From positions 1-31,113 of the forward strand of contig JACZTB010000019.1 in the NCBI GenBank assembly GCA_022573895.1: a DNA stretch of 31,113 bases, in the 5' to 3' direction. Under the pieces are notes generated by a model. That model had not been told where the DNA came from. It did no database searches and saw only the letters and a program-made list of their open reading frames with translations. A program made the translations under genes and the position numbers. The number at the start of each line of letters is the position of its first letter. Position 1 is the first letter of the stretch. Shown here piece after piece: positions 16,406-24,631 of this stretch. This DNA is from Nitrososphaerota archaeon (lineage in GTDB: Archaea; Thermoproteota; Nitrososphaeria; Nitrososphaerales; Nitrosopumilaceae).

Positions 16406-16642
16406 TTGGCAGTAAAAAAGAAAGCTACAGTAAAAAGAAAAACTACAGCAAAAAGAAAAACTACAAAAAAGAAGGTTACTAAATCAAAAACAAAAAAACT
16501 ACCATTTGGTGGATATGCAATCAACTTTGCAGGTCGTCAAGAAACTGTAGAACAAGTTTTTGGAAATAAACCAATTGCACCAAGTGAAATGACCAAAAGA
16601 ATTTGGAAATTTGTAAAATCAAATAGCCTTGCTAATAGTTAA
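16406..16642 (+). CDS. Small basic protein: Lys-rich repeat tail + N-terminal half of a SWIB/MDM2-like domain
   Basis: TTG start, 78 aa. The N-terminus is VKKKAT/VKRKTT/AKRKTT, encoded by three tandem 18-nt units at 16413-16466. The C-terminus VFGNKPIAPSEMTKRIWKFVKSNSLANS resembles the first helices of SWIB domains (G..M.R.E..K..W.YIK.N.L) but stops about 40 aa early. Confidence 0.6.
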   Translation: MAVKKKATVKRKTTAKRKTTKKKVTKSKTKKLPFGGYAINFAGRQETVEQVFGNKPIAPSEMTKRIWKFVKSNSLANS

Positions 16643-16648
16643 ACTCAC

Positions 16649-16672
16649 TAGTTAACGAAAAGCCGTTAACTA
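16649..16672. terminator. Perfect 9-bp hairpin between convergent genes (TAGTTAACG-aaaagc-CGTTAACTA) followed by a T-rich tract
   Basis: Read directly from the sequence. It lies 7 nt after the stop of the 16406-16642 gene. A second 10-bp inverted repeat, TTTTTCTTAA (16690-16699) / TTAAGAAAAA (16729-16738), abuts the ALDH stop on the other strand. Confidence 0.4.
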
Positions 16673-16739
16673 ATTTCATCTTTTAATTATTTTTCTTAAA
16701 ATGAAATAGATAATTCTTAATTCCTCACTTAAGAAAAAT

Positions 16740-18131
16740 TTACTCTACGTAGTGATGATGTGTAAGATTATCATAAAATCTGACAGATTTAATGTTTACA
16801 AATTCTAACATTCCATATCTTGATAATTCTCTTCCAAATCCACTATGTTTTATTCCTCCAAATGGAATTCTGGGATCTGAGATTACTACATTGTTGACAC
16901 TGACAATTCCCGATTCAATTAGTCTAGACATTTTTTCTGCTTTTGCAAGATCTTTTGTCCAAATACTTGCACCTAAACCAAATTCAATATCATTAGCTAA
17001 TTTGATTGCCTCACTTTCGTTATCCATTATTGTAATTGGTGCCACTGGTCCAAATGTTTCTTCATTACTAATTCTCATGTTTGGTTTAACGTTTGTAAGA
17101 ATAGTTGGTTCGTAGAAGAATCCTTTCCCATCAATCTCAGAACCCCCCAAAAGGATTTCAGCACCTTTCTCTTTTGCATCCTCTACAATTCCTGAAATTG
17201 TTTCTAGACCCTCTTTATTTGAAATTGGTCCAATATCTGTTTCCATAGATGTTGGATCTCCAATTTTGAGTTGTGATGTTTTTTTGATAAATAATTCAAT
17301 GAATTCTTTTGCAATATTTTTTCCAACAAAGAATCTTTTTGATGCTACACAACTTTGACCACAGTTGATGAATCTACCCTTTACTGCTCCTTCTGCCGCT
17401 TTTTCAATAATTGCGTCATCTAATACTATGAATGGATCACTTCCACCTAATTCTAAAACACATTTTTTCAAATGCGATGCAGCTCTTTGACCTACTTTTG
17501 CTCCTGCACTTGTACTTCCAGTAAAGGTTACAGCATTGATATCAGAGTCAATTAGGTGATTAGCAACATCTACACTTCCTACTACTGTCTGAAAAATTCC
17601 ATCTGGCACACCTGATTCAGTAAATGCTTTTTCAATTTCAATTCCTGATTGCATTGTTATTCTGGATGGTTTCATCACAATTACATTTCCAGCTATTAAA
17701 CATGGAGCTGCAAATCTTAATGCCTGCCAATAAGGAAAATTCCAAGGCATGATCGAACCAATTATCCCTATTGGTTCAAAAGTTAGAAAACTCTTTCTTG
17801 CATCTGTATTTAATACTTCATCCGAAATAAAACTGTCACCATGATCAGCATAAAATTCTAACGCCCAAGCACATTTTTCAACTTCTCCAATTGATTCTTT
17901 GATGGGTTTGCCCATTTCACTTGTTTCAATTTTTGCAAGTTTTGTTTTGTTTTTCCTTAGGTATTCTACTACATTGTAAATGTAACTTCGACGTTTTTCA
18001 TAATCTTTCTTCCATTCTGGAAATGCTTTTCTAGCTTTTCCCACTAATTCAAACACTTTGTTTTTATCCATTACTGAAAATGTTGCAATTTCTTCACCAG
18101 TAGCTGGATTTACTGTAGTAATTTGATTCAA
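16740..18131 (-). CDS. NAD(P)+-dependent aldehyde dehydrogenase (succinate-semialdehyde dehydrogenase-like)
   Basis: The ORF is 463 aa. ALDH hallmarks are present: PWNFPYWQ, FTGSTSAGAKV, the catalytic region LELGGSDP and FINCGQSCVASKR, and EETFGPV. Confidence 0.9.
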   Translation of the reverse strand: MNQITTVNPATGEEIATFSVMDKNKVFELVGKARKAFPEWKKDYEKRRSYIYNVVEYLRKNKTKLAKIETSEMGKPIKESIGEVEKCAWALEFYADHGDSFISDEVLNTDARKSFLTFEPIGIIGSIMPWNFPYWQALRFAAPCLIAGNVIVMKPSRITMQSGIEIEKAFTESGVPDGIFQTVVGSVDVANHLIDSDINAVTFTGSTSAGAKVGQRAASHLKKCVLELGGSDPFIVLDDAIIEKAAEGAVKGRFINCGQSCVASKRFFVGKNIAKEFIELFIKKTSQLKIGDPTSMETDIGPISNKEGLETISGIVEDAKEKGAEILLGGSEIDGKGFFYEPTILTNVKPNMRISNEETFGPVAPITIMDNESEAIKLANDIEFGLGASIWTKDLAKAEKMSRLIESGIVSVNNVVISDPRIPFGGIKHSGFGRELSRYGMLEFVNIKSVRFYDNLTHHHYVE

Positions 18132-18184
18132 GAATCTTTCACCTCTTTTCTCCTATATTTAATTTAGTTTTATTTTCACTCTAA

Positions 18185-18700
18185 TCAGAATATTTGTTGC
18201 ATATCCTTTTTCAATTCATCAATTTTCTTTGAATATGCTTTTTTAGATTTATCATTCTTTTTTAGATTTAGAACATTTCCACATGTTGGGCATTTAAACA
18301 TACCATCAAGCGCTGACTCAAAGGTCACTCTTGGACAATCTACATTTCCACAATGATAAAAGTCAGAAGCATTTTCATAATCTAATCTTTGTTGTAATCT
18401 TTCTGTAATTTTCTTTTTTTGACTTTCAATAAAATGTTCAACTTCTTCTCTTCTGGTTCTCCATCTGTAGACAAACCAACCTTTTCTTTCATCTTTTACT
18501 CTGATTCCAGTAATGAGAGATTTTCCAAATAGATCATACAATACTTTTCTTACCATGTTAATTCTAAGACCAGTTGAACTTGCAATTTCTTCATCGGTTG
18601 CATCTTCAGCTTTTAGTAAAGATCTAGCTACTTTGAGATATTCCTCTCCTCCAATCATTGAAGCAATTCTAACAAAAGGATCTTCATATTTGCCTATCAA
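18185..18700 (-). CDS. tfe: Transcription factor E (TFE alpha, TFIIE-alpha homologue)
   Basis: The winged helix is ATDEEIASSTGLRINMVRKVLYDLFGKSLI...GWFVYRWR. The Zn ribbon is YHCGNVDCPRVTFE...FKCPTCGNVL. Length and architecture are typical. Confidence 0.88.
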   Translation of the reverse strand: MIGKYEDPFVRIASMIGGEEYLKVARSLLKAEDATDEEIASSTGLRINMVRKVLYDLFGKSLITGIRVKDERKGWFVYRWRTRREEVEHFIESQKKKITERLQQRLDYENASDFYHCGNVDCPRVTFESALDGMFKCPTCGNVLNLKKNDKSKKAYSKKIDELKKDMQQIF

Positions 18701-18726
18701 CTCTAATCCCTCAAAATTTTCTACTA

Positions 18727-19260
18727 TTAATCTCTTGTTTCTTTTACTTGTACATTTTTACCCTTTTTTGTGGGTATTATCTTCCTTTTTGCATCTGGAA
18801 ACCCTTTCTCAAATTGTTCACCTTTTTGAATACGATCTAAAAGTATTGCTAGCGCACTAATCTCTGAGTGTGGTTGACTTCCAACTCCTACATTATAGTC
18901 TGCTAATTCATAAATTTCTCTAGGTACTTTTTCAGCACCTACAACAACTAATAGATTTTCTTCTTTACGAAGTTTCTCCTGTATTTCATTAATGTTTTCT
19001 CCATACATTGTAAGATGCACAACTCTAAAGTTTTCCTCCTTTTTCTTTTTTACAATAGATTTCCATTTATCAATAAATTCAACAACAAAATTTCCTCCCC
19101 AAGTTTTATTGATCTTTTCTAAAGATTTTTTGATTTCAGGATTGACTTCAGTCATAAAAATCCTATTTGCCCCAAATGCCCTTGAAACTAGGGCAACATG
19201 TGTTGTAACTCTATCATCTCTCACAAGACGTTGTCCTATTCTAACTACCTCAATTACCAA
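18727..19260 (-). CDS. trm56: tRNA (cytidine56-2'-O)-methyltransferase aTrm56 (SPOUT)
   Basis: [27 protein letters not shown]...HLTMYGENI...[39 protein letters not shown] is colinear with Pyrococcus aTrm56, which starts right at this strand. I therefore prefer TTG 19260. The track's ATG 19296 would add 12 aa and overlap hflX by 47 nt. Confidence 0.88.
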   Translation of the reverse strand: MVIEVVRIGQRLVRDDRVTTHVALVSRAFGANRIFMTEVNPEIKKSLEKINKTWGGNFVVEFIDKWKSIVKKKKEENFRVVHLTMYGENINEIQEKLRKEENLLVVVGAEKVPREIYELADYNVGVGSQPHSEISALAILLDRIQKGEQFEKGFPDAKRKIIPTKKGKNVQVKETRD

Positions 19261-20371
19261 ATGTTTTTTTAACTCCTTCCAAAATATTTCTCTCAAATTT
19301 AGGTGAATTCTGATTTTTTATAATATTTTTGATCAATTCTTTAAGTTGCTTAACATTTTTTCCTGTTTTTGCAGAAACTGAAATCCATTTTTTATTTTCA
19401 GTTAAGTTAAGAATGTCGATTTTTTGCTCAATCTCTTCAATTTCTAACAAATCTACTTTGTTTAACGCATAGATCATCTTGTCTTTTTCAACTCCTAATT
19501 CACTTAATGTTCTCATACAACTAGCAAATTTCTTTTTTAATTCAACTAATGAATCACTAATGTCAATTACAACAATTATGATATCTGTATGTTTTAATTC
19601 TTCTAATGTTGATTTGAATGCATCTATCATATATGCAGGTAATTTACTGATAAAACCAACTGTATCTGAGATTAAGAATGGTTCTTCATTAATTATTACC
19701 CTTCGTATAGTTGTAGAAAGTGTTGTAAACAATTCTTTACTCTCAGCTTTTGTTTCTCCTGTCATTTTGTTAAACAATGTTGTTTTTCCAGAAGAAGTGT
19801 ATCCTGCTAGTGAAATTATCTTGAATCCCATTCTCTTTCTTCCCTGTCTATGAAGCTCTCTTTGTTTTCCGGCTTTTTCCAGTTTAGATCTTACTGTCTG
19901 CATTCTATGTTTGATATCATTATAGTAAACATCAACCTCAAATTTTCCTATTCCCATAAATCCTGGTTGCTCTCCCATATTTGAAAGACGGACTTTTTCT
20001 TTCGCTCTGGACATCTCGTACCTTAATTGAGCTAGTTTTACTTGCAATTTTGATTCTGCACTTGATGCTCTACTTTCAAAAATTTGAAGAATTAATGCTT
20101 CTCTATCTAAAACTTCTTTATGTAAAGCGGATGCAAGATTATAGTTTTGGCTTGGTTTTAAAATTTCATCAAATACAATTACATCTGGTCTGAGTTTTTC
20201 TGTTAATTCTTCTAGTTTCTCTAAAACTCCACCACTAATTCCATATTTTCGTTTTTGTAGAACTTTTGGTGTAAGTGTATGAACTATGTGATATCCTGCG
20301 GAATCACACAATCCTTTGGCTTCATTAATTGCATCCTCTTTATCGTATGTGATTAAAATTGCCGACTTCAT
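19250..20371 (-). CDS. hflX: GTPase HflX
   Basis: The HflX N-domain is [44 protein letters not shown]. The G-domain P-loop is [19 protein letters not shown] and NKVD motifs are also present. Confidence 0.9.
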   Translation of the reverse strand: MKSAILITYDKEDAINEAKGLCDSAGYHIVHTLTPKVLQKRKYGISGGVLEKLEELTEKLRPDVIVFDEILKPSQNYNLASALHKEVLDREALILQIFESRASSAESKLQVKLAQLRYEMSRAKEKVRLSNMGEQPGFMGIGKFEVDVYYNDIKHRMQTVRSKLEKAGKQRELHRQGRKRMGFKIISLAGYTSSGKTTLFNKMTGETKAESKELFTTLSTTIRRVIINEEPFLISDTVGFISKLPAYMIDAFKSTLEELKHTDIIIVVIDISDSLVELKKKFASCMRTLSELGVEKDKMIYALNKVDLLEIEEIEQKIDILNLTENKKWISVSAKTGKNVKQLKELIKNIIKNQNSPKFERNILEGVKKTFGN

Positions 20372-20427
20372 TTTTATTCAATATTTTTTGTATAATTCAT
20401 GTTAAAGATTCTACCTGTTTTGATAAA

Positions 20428-21474
20428 TCATTCAGTTTTTTTTAATGTTTTTTCTATATTCATATTTAACACAATTTCTGCTATATCACTAGCATATTCA
20501 GAAACTCTTCTAATATTCTCAGTCATTCTTCTAATTCTGTATACTTCCTCTTCATCTGTTAGTGATTTTGAAGCATCTCTAACTTTTTTCTCATATTTGG
20601 AAATTTCATTTGTTTTTTCAATGGTTTTTTCTGCCTGTGCATAATCTTCTTTGAATAATGCCAAACAAGAATCATCCAAAACTGATAAACAAAATTCATT
20701 CATATCTTGGAGTTTTTCTAAAATCTCTTTCTTGACTGGTTTCTTGAACTCGAGAAGATCTTTTGCAATAAATGCTGCATGATCTCCTGCTCGCTCTATA
20801 TTTTTTACAATTAATCTATATCCAAGGCAAATTCTAGCATTTCTAAAACCCATCTCTTTTAGCATATGTTCATTTTGTATTGCTATCTTTAACTGACGAA
20901 TAATATAAAATCCAAATCTATCTACTTCGTCATCAGTATTGATTACTTCTTGAGCCAGTTCTAAATTATTTTCCTTTACTGCTAAAATTGCATCACTAGA
21001 CATTGATTTAGCTAAGTGTATCATTCTTTTGAATGCTCCATCAACTGATAATTCTAGTAAATTGACAAGAACCTGTACTGTAATTCCCCCACTTGAGTCA
21101 GAAATAATTTCAGAACCCATTAACATTCGTTTAACAGCTTCTTTTACAGTTTTTCTTTGATTGGGACTTAATCTACCATTTTTTGGTTTAACATTAATCG
21201 TTTTGAATCCCAAAAAATACAGCGAAATTAATTTTCTAACAATGGGAGGCCCTTCTTCTTCAATACCAATCTCTATAGTTGCATCTTCTTTTGTCCGTAT
21301 CCTGGATTCAAATTTTGGTGGATAAAGTTCTAATGTTGATGATCCTTTTCTGATCATTCGAATCTGATCTCCCTTTTTAAGACCCAATTCTATTACCCAT
21401 GGTTTTGGTAATGAAACTATGTATGATGATTTTCCTGTAAATTGAATTTTTCTTGTCTCACTTCTTTCTTCCAT
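20428..21474 (-). CDS. AbrB/SpoVT-domain + tandem PhoU-domain regulator (PhoU-like phosphate uptake regulator homologue)
   Basis: The N-terminus KIQFTGKSSYIVSLPKPWVIELGLKKGDQIRM is an AbrB-type swapped hairpin. The C-terminal half has two PhoU-like helical repeats (DDEVDRFGFYIIRQL.. and ..ERAGDHAAFIAKD, SEYASDIAEIV). Confidence 0.8.
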   Translation of the reverse strand: MEERSETRKIQFTGKSSYIVSLPKPWVIELGLKKGDQIRMIRKGSSTLELYPPKFESRIRTKEDATIEIGIEEEGPPIVRKLISLYFLGFKTINVKPKNGRLSPNQRKTVKEAVKRMLMGSEIISDSSGGITVQVLVNLLELSVDGAFKRMIHLAKSMSSDAILAVKENNLELAQEVINTDDEVDRFGFYIIRQLKIAIQNEHMLKEMGFRNARICLGYRLIVKNIERAGDHAAFIAKDLLEFKKPVKKEILEKLQDMNEFCLSVLDDSCLALFKEDYAQAEKTIEKTNEISKYEKKVRDASKSLTDEEEVYRIRRMTENIRRVSEYASDIAEIVLNMNIEKTLKKTE

Positions 21475-21498
21475 AATCTAAAGAGAAAAAACTAATCT

Positions 21499-21528
21499 AT
21501 ATAGTTTAAGATTCATAATATAGTTTAA
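21499..21528. promoter_or_regulatory. 11-bp direct repeat ATATAGTTTAA x2 (19-bp register) in the divergent promoter region
   Basis: Exact copies lie at 21499-21509 and 21518-21528, between the PhoU-like gene (-) and the PUA gene (+). They could be two TATA-like elements or an operator pair. Confidence 0.3.
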
Positions 21529-21564
21529 CACTGAACTAATATTTAGAAAAGATCGCCTATATGC

Positions 21565-22038
21565 ATGGATCAAATTCAAAAGCTTCAGCATTCACTAGAT
21601 GCTTTATTTGGAAATGGTGTATCCAAATATTTGCCAAAAGATGTCGAAATGACTTTTTCACGAAAGACTGGAAGAATAAGAACTGTTTTACATAAAGGAA
21701 AATTATTATGCACTTTGAGAATTGATGGCGGTTTAGCAATCAGTCCTTATTTTGCTCAAATTTTACTGAAAAGTAAAACATTCCGAGAAAACTGTGTTGA
21801 GATAAATAGAGACGCTGCTCCGTTTGTCAAGGAAGGAAGATCTGTATTCTGTAAGCATGTAGTATGGTGTGGAAAAAAAGTACGTATTTCTGCTGATACT
21901 CCAGTATTATTCAAAAATAAAGTTATTGCAGTTGGCAAGGCTGTTCTATCATGTGAAATGATTTTAGATTTTGATAGAGGTGTAGCAATTAAGATCAGAG
22001 ATAGTTTAAAAAGTCGTAAAGAGAAAATAGAATTATGA
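21565..22038 (+). CDS. PUA-domain RNA-binding protein
   Basis: The C-terminal half EGRSVFCKHVVWCGKKVRISADTPVLFKNKVIAVGKAVLSCEMILDFDRGVAIKIRD is a typical PUA domain. The N-domain is unassigned. The stop overlaps the next gene's ATG. Confidence 0.75.
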   Translation: MDQIQKLQHSLDALFGNGVSKYLPKDVEMTFSRKTGRIRTVLHKGKLLCTLRIDGGLAISPYFAQILLKSKTFRENCVEINRDAAPFVKEGRSVFCKHVVWCGKKVRISADTPVLFKNKVIAVGKAVLSCEMILDFDRGVAIKIRDSLKSRKEKIEL

Positions 22039-22376
22039 TGCGAGGAGGAAACCGCGAAATGCGAAGAATGATGGACAAGATGGGTCTTGATATGAGTGAG
22101 CTCCAAAATGTTCAAGAGGTAATAATTAAGACAGACAAAAAAGAAATTATTCTTACCAAACCCTCCGTTACTGAAATGAAAGCAAAAGATAGCTCTATTT
22201 TTACAGTAACTGCAGATAGTTATGAGGAAAGAGAATTAGAGGTTCCAATTTTCTCAGAAGAGGATATTCAGCTGGTCGGCCAACAAGCTGGAGTCGATGA
22301 AGAAAAAGCTAAAAGCGCTTTAGAGGAAGCTAAAGGCGATCTTGCAAGAGCAATATTGCTTCTAACTACCGGATGA
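22035..22376 (+). CDS. nac: Nascent polypeptide-associated complex protein (archaeal NAC alpha, NAC + UBA domains)
   Basis: GGNREMRRMMDKMGLDMSEL..VQEVIIKTDKKEIIL.KPSVTEM is the NAC domain. The C-terminal EEDIQLVGQQAGVDEEKAKSALEEAKGDLARAILLL is the UBA domain. Confidence 0.9.
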   Translation: MMRGGNREMRRMMDKMGLDMSELQNVQEVIIKTDKKEIILTKPSVTEMKAKDSSIFTVTADSYEERELEVPIFSEEDIQLVGQQAGVDEEKAKSALEEAKGDLARAILLLTTG

Positions 22377-22451
22377 TATCTTAATTTTTGTGCCTAAAAA
22401 CCTGTTAAAAATGAATGATTTAAGTAACGGAATTGCTGAATTTTGGGTGTA

Positions 22452-22787
22452 ATGAGCAGCATGGCTGAATCTAAAGTTACTGGAATAATCAAGACTTTAA
22501 ACGCCTTGGAAAATGATCTGGATTCCATAAACACCAAAGTATCCGATATGAAAAAACAACTTGCTGTAAAGACACAGAAGGAAATTGATGTCTTATTAAA
22601 AGAAATTCGAGAAATGGCTACAAAAGAAGCTGAAGTTATTATTAATGCATCAAAAAAAAAGGCAAGCACTGAATCTGCAAAAATTACTCAGGAAGGTGAG
22701 GCCAAATTATCTGAAATCCAGTCGAATGTTGATGCTAATTTTGATAAAGCTGTAAAACACGTCGTGTCAACTGTTTTGAAAGCATAA
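22452..22787 (+). CDS. Coiled-coil protein resembling A/V-type ATP synthase subunit H
   Basis: All-helical and K/E-rich. The C-terminal ..NFDKAVKHVVSTVLKA resembles the conserved end of archaeal AtpH. It is not in an ATPase operon here. ATG 22452 is preferred to the track's TTG 22443. Confidence 0.45.
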   Translation: MSSMAESKVTGIIKTLNALENDLDSINTKVSDMKKQLAVKTQKEIDVLLKEIREMATKEAEVIINASKKKASTESAKITQEGEAKLSEIQSNVDANFDKAVKHVVSTVLKA

Positions 22788-23057
22788 ACCTAAATCATAT
22801 ATTTTATTTTATCAAATATCGATCCTTTACTTAATGCTCGTATTGGAATTGCAACTACTTACGGTAAACCATATTATAGATTTTCAACATATCTTAAGAT
22901 CCTGAAATTATCTTTTGATTCTATACTTCCTGAAGAAATTCTAGATTATTCTGGACAACTAATTCTTACTACCATAAAAGAATCTCCAAAAAAATGTGAA
23001 AAACCCCTAATTTATGAAGATATCTTTGAACATCACCCAACTGTAATTAGAGGTATA

Positions 23058-23471
23058 ATGATGCAAAGACTCGATCAAGATTTTGAAAAAGAAGATCTAA
23101 TCTTAGGAGTTGATCCAGGACAGAGAACTGGTTTGTCGGTATTTTACTATGAAAAAGAAATTGAAAGCTCATTTCATTCTTCAGTTGAAGAATTGGTTTT
23201 TCATATTATTCAAGTTTTAGGCGGTCTTAGGGCAAAAAGAAAAATTGTAAAAATTGGAAATGGAAATATGAAAATTGCAAAACAAATTGTAACTATGCTT
23301 AATCTAAAATTTTGTTCATCTTTTGAATTGGAATTTGTTGATGAGAGAAAAACTAGTCTAAAAATTAAAAATTTTAATCAAAGAGGAAAACGAGATATGC
23401 TTTCTGCAAAGTATATCTCACAACGAGATGGATATAGACATTCTATCCTACCTCTATCAATGACAGGTTAA
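23058..23471 (+). CDS. RNase H-fold (RuvC/YqgF-like) protein; real N-terminus probably upstream (frame open from 22794)
   Basis: DLILGVDPGQRTGLSVFY is a RuvC/YqgF-type first strand with the catalytic Asp. FVDERKTS and RDMLSAKYI are later acidic motifs. The 88 codons upstream of the ATG are stop-free and protein-like (see finding). Confidence 0.6.
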   Translation: MMQRLDQDFEKEDLILGVDPGQRTGLSVFYYEKEIESSFHSSVEELVFHIIQVLGGLRAKRKIVKIGNGNMKIAKQIVTMLNLKFCSSFELEFVDERKTSLKIKNFNQRGKRDMLSAKYISQRDGYRHSILPLSMTG

Positions 23472-23506
23472 AAAAATTAGAAATTACGTTGTAAAAATTT
23501 TAAAAA

Positions 23507-23660
23507 TTTTTGGAAAAACGTGAATTTGGTATTTTTTATTCTTACATTATGTGTATAATGATGAAAGTATGAATATATCCTAAATTTTCTTTGTTTTTAT
23601 GAAAAAAAACGAAATTTTTTGTTAAACAATTATATTAGTACCGTCATTTTTTGGAAAAAC
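23507..23660. repeat. 13-nt direct repeat TTTTTGGAAAAAC (two exact copies 141 bp apart) in a 357-bp intergenic region
   Basis: The copies lie at 23507-23519 and 23648-23660. Each is followed by (A)CG(T/A). Confidence 0.5.
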
Positions 23661-23711
23661 ACGATAATCAAACTAGCTATACATATTTATTGAAGATTAT
23701 TCGTTTTTTTT
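23602..23711. repeat. 12-nt inverted repeat AAAAAAAACGAA / TTCGTTTTTTTT with 86-nt spacer
   Basis: The arms lie at 23602-23613 and 23700-23711 and are exact reverse complements. They are low-complexity apart from the CG core. The second TTTTTGGAAAAAC copy sits between the arms. Confidence 0.35.
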
Positions 23712-23828
23712 GAAACTAATAACTTTGATCGTAAAATAATTGAAAATAATTTCATGTTTTTGTATTTTTTTTATAGATTTTATCGATCTATTCTTATATA
23801 GTTGTGAATTCTATAATAAAATACCAAG

Positions 23829-24272
23829 ATGACTTGTAAAGGAATTTGTGTTAGATACAAGGCTCAAAAGCCTGTTGGAACCGGAAGATATGCTTCTGGA
23901 CAACGTCGATGCCAAATTTGTGAAATCTTCATCAAATGGGAAGGACTTTGGTGTCCATGTTGTGGATATAGATTAAGGACAAAACCACGTAATCTAAAAT
24001 ACAAAGCAAAATTACGTGCTAGAGTTGAGGCTGATTCTATTGAAGCTAAAGCAGTTGCAAAAATTCAATCAGAAGAGATTGAAGTTGATATAGCAGTAAA
24101 AGCAAAATCAAAAGCTAAAACAACAAAATCCAAAGCAACGATAAAGGAAAAAACCCCTTGTACATATTGTGAAAAACTGTTTGTATATACCGACAAACAT
24201 GAAAGGAATTGCAAGAAAAATTCAAATATTAAAATTTCCCAAGAAAGTGAATCAATAGCAATAAAAGCATAA
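23829..24272 (+). CDS. Zinc-ribbon protein with Lys/Ala-rich linker and C-terminal CxxC..H..C finger; hypothetical
   Basis: The N-terminal Cys cluster is CKGICVRYKA...RRCQICEIFIKWEGLWCPCCGYRLRTKPRN. The basic linker is KAKSKAKTTKSKA. The C-terminus is CTYCEKLFVYTDKHERNC. TTATATA at 23794-23800 lies about 30 nt upstream of the ATG. Confidence 0.7.
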   Translation: MTCKGICVRYKAQKPVGTGRYASGQRRCQICEIFIKWEGLWCPCCGYRLRTKPRNLKYKAKLRARVEADSIEAKAVAKIQSEEIEVDIAVKAKSKAKTTKSKATIKEKTPCTYCEKLFVYTDKHERNCKKNSNIKISQESESIAIKA

Positions 24273-24289
24273 GATTTGTTCATAGCTTA

Positions 24290-24631
24290 TTGAACTCTCC
24301 AAATGGATTTTCCCATAAAGTGGTAAATTTGGAGAACCGAACTTTTTTTTTACAGATTCTAAAGTTTGAAAATGGATATTTTGTTTCTATCGCAGAAGGA
24401 ACTAACAAAATAGGTTCTATGGTTGTTTCTTTAGCAACTGGACCTACACCAATTACAACAACTGTTATTCCATCTAGAACTGAATCTCTTTTTCTAAAAC
24501 TTATCGCTGAACGAATCAGCACTAGGATGAGAGGTATTGCTCTAGTTTCTACCTTTACTCAAAAAGAATTAGACTCCAATACTGCAAAAGCCTTAATGTC
24601 TGAGATTATGGAGATGATAGAAAATGGCTGA
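24290..24631 (+). CDS. Small protein translationally coupled to UbiD-family decarboxylase; LpdD-like (prenylated-flavin chaperone/accessory subunit-like) by motif resemblance
   Basis: The ORF is 113 aa with a TTG start; GTG 24320 is an alternative. SIAEGTNKIGSMVVSL..TTTVIPS resembles, from my memory of the family, the GGTNPHIG core of LpdD-type partners of UbiD enzymes. The stop overlaps the UbiD ATG by 8 nt. Confidence 0.4.
   Translation: MNSPNGFSHKVVNLENRTFFLQILKFENGYFVSIAEGTNKIGSMVVSLATGPTPITTTVIPSRTESLFLKLIAERISTRMRGIALVSTFTQKELDSNTAKALMSEIMEMIENG

Noticed and set aside
23551-23640. A C/D-box sRNA, suggested by AATGATGA at 23557-23564, which resembles a C box.
   Set aside because: There is no CTGA D box within the following ~80 nt and no terminal stem. 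The match is probably chance in AT-rich DNA.
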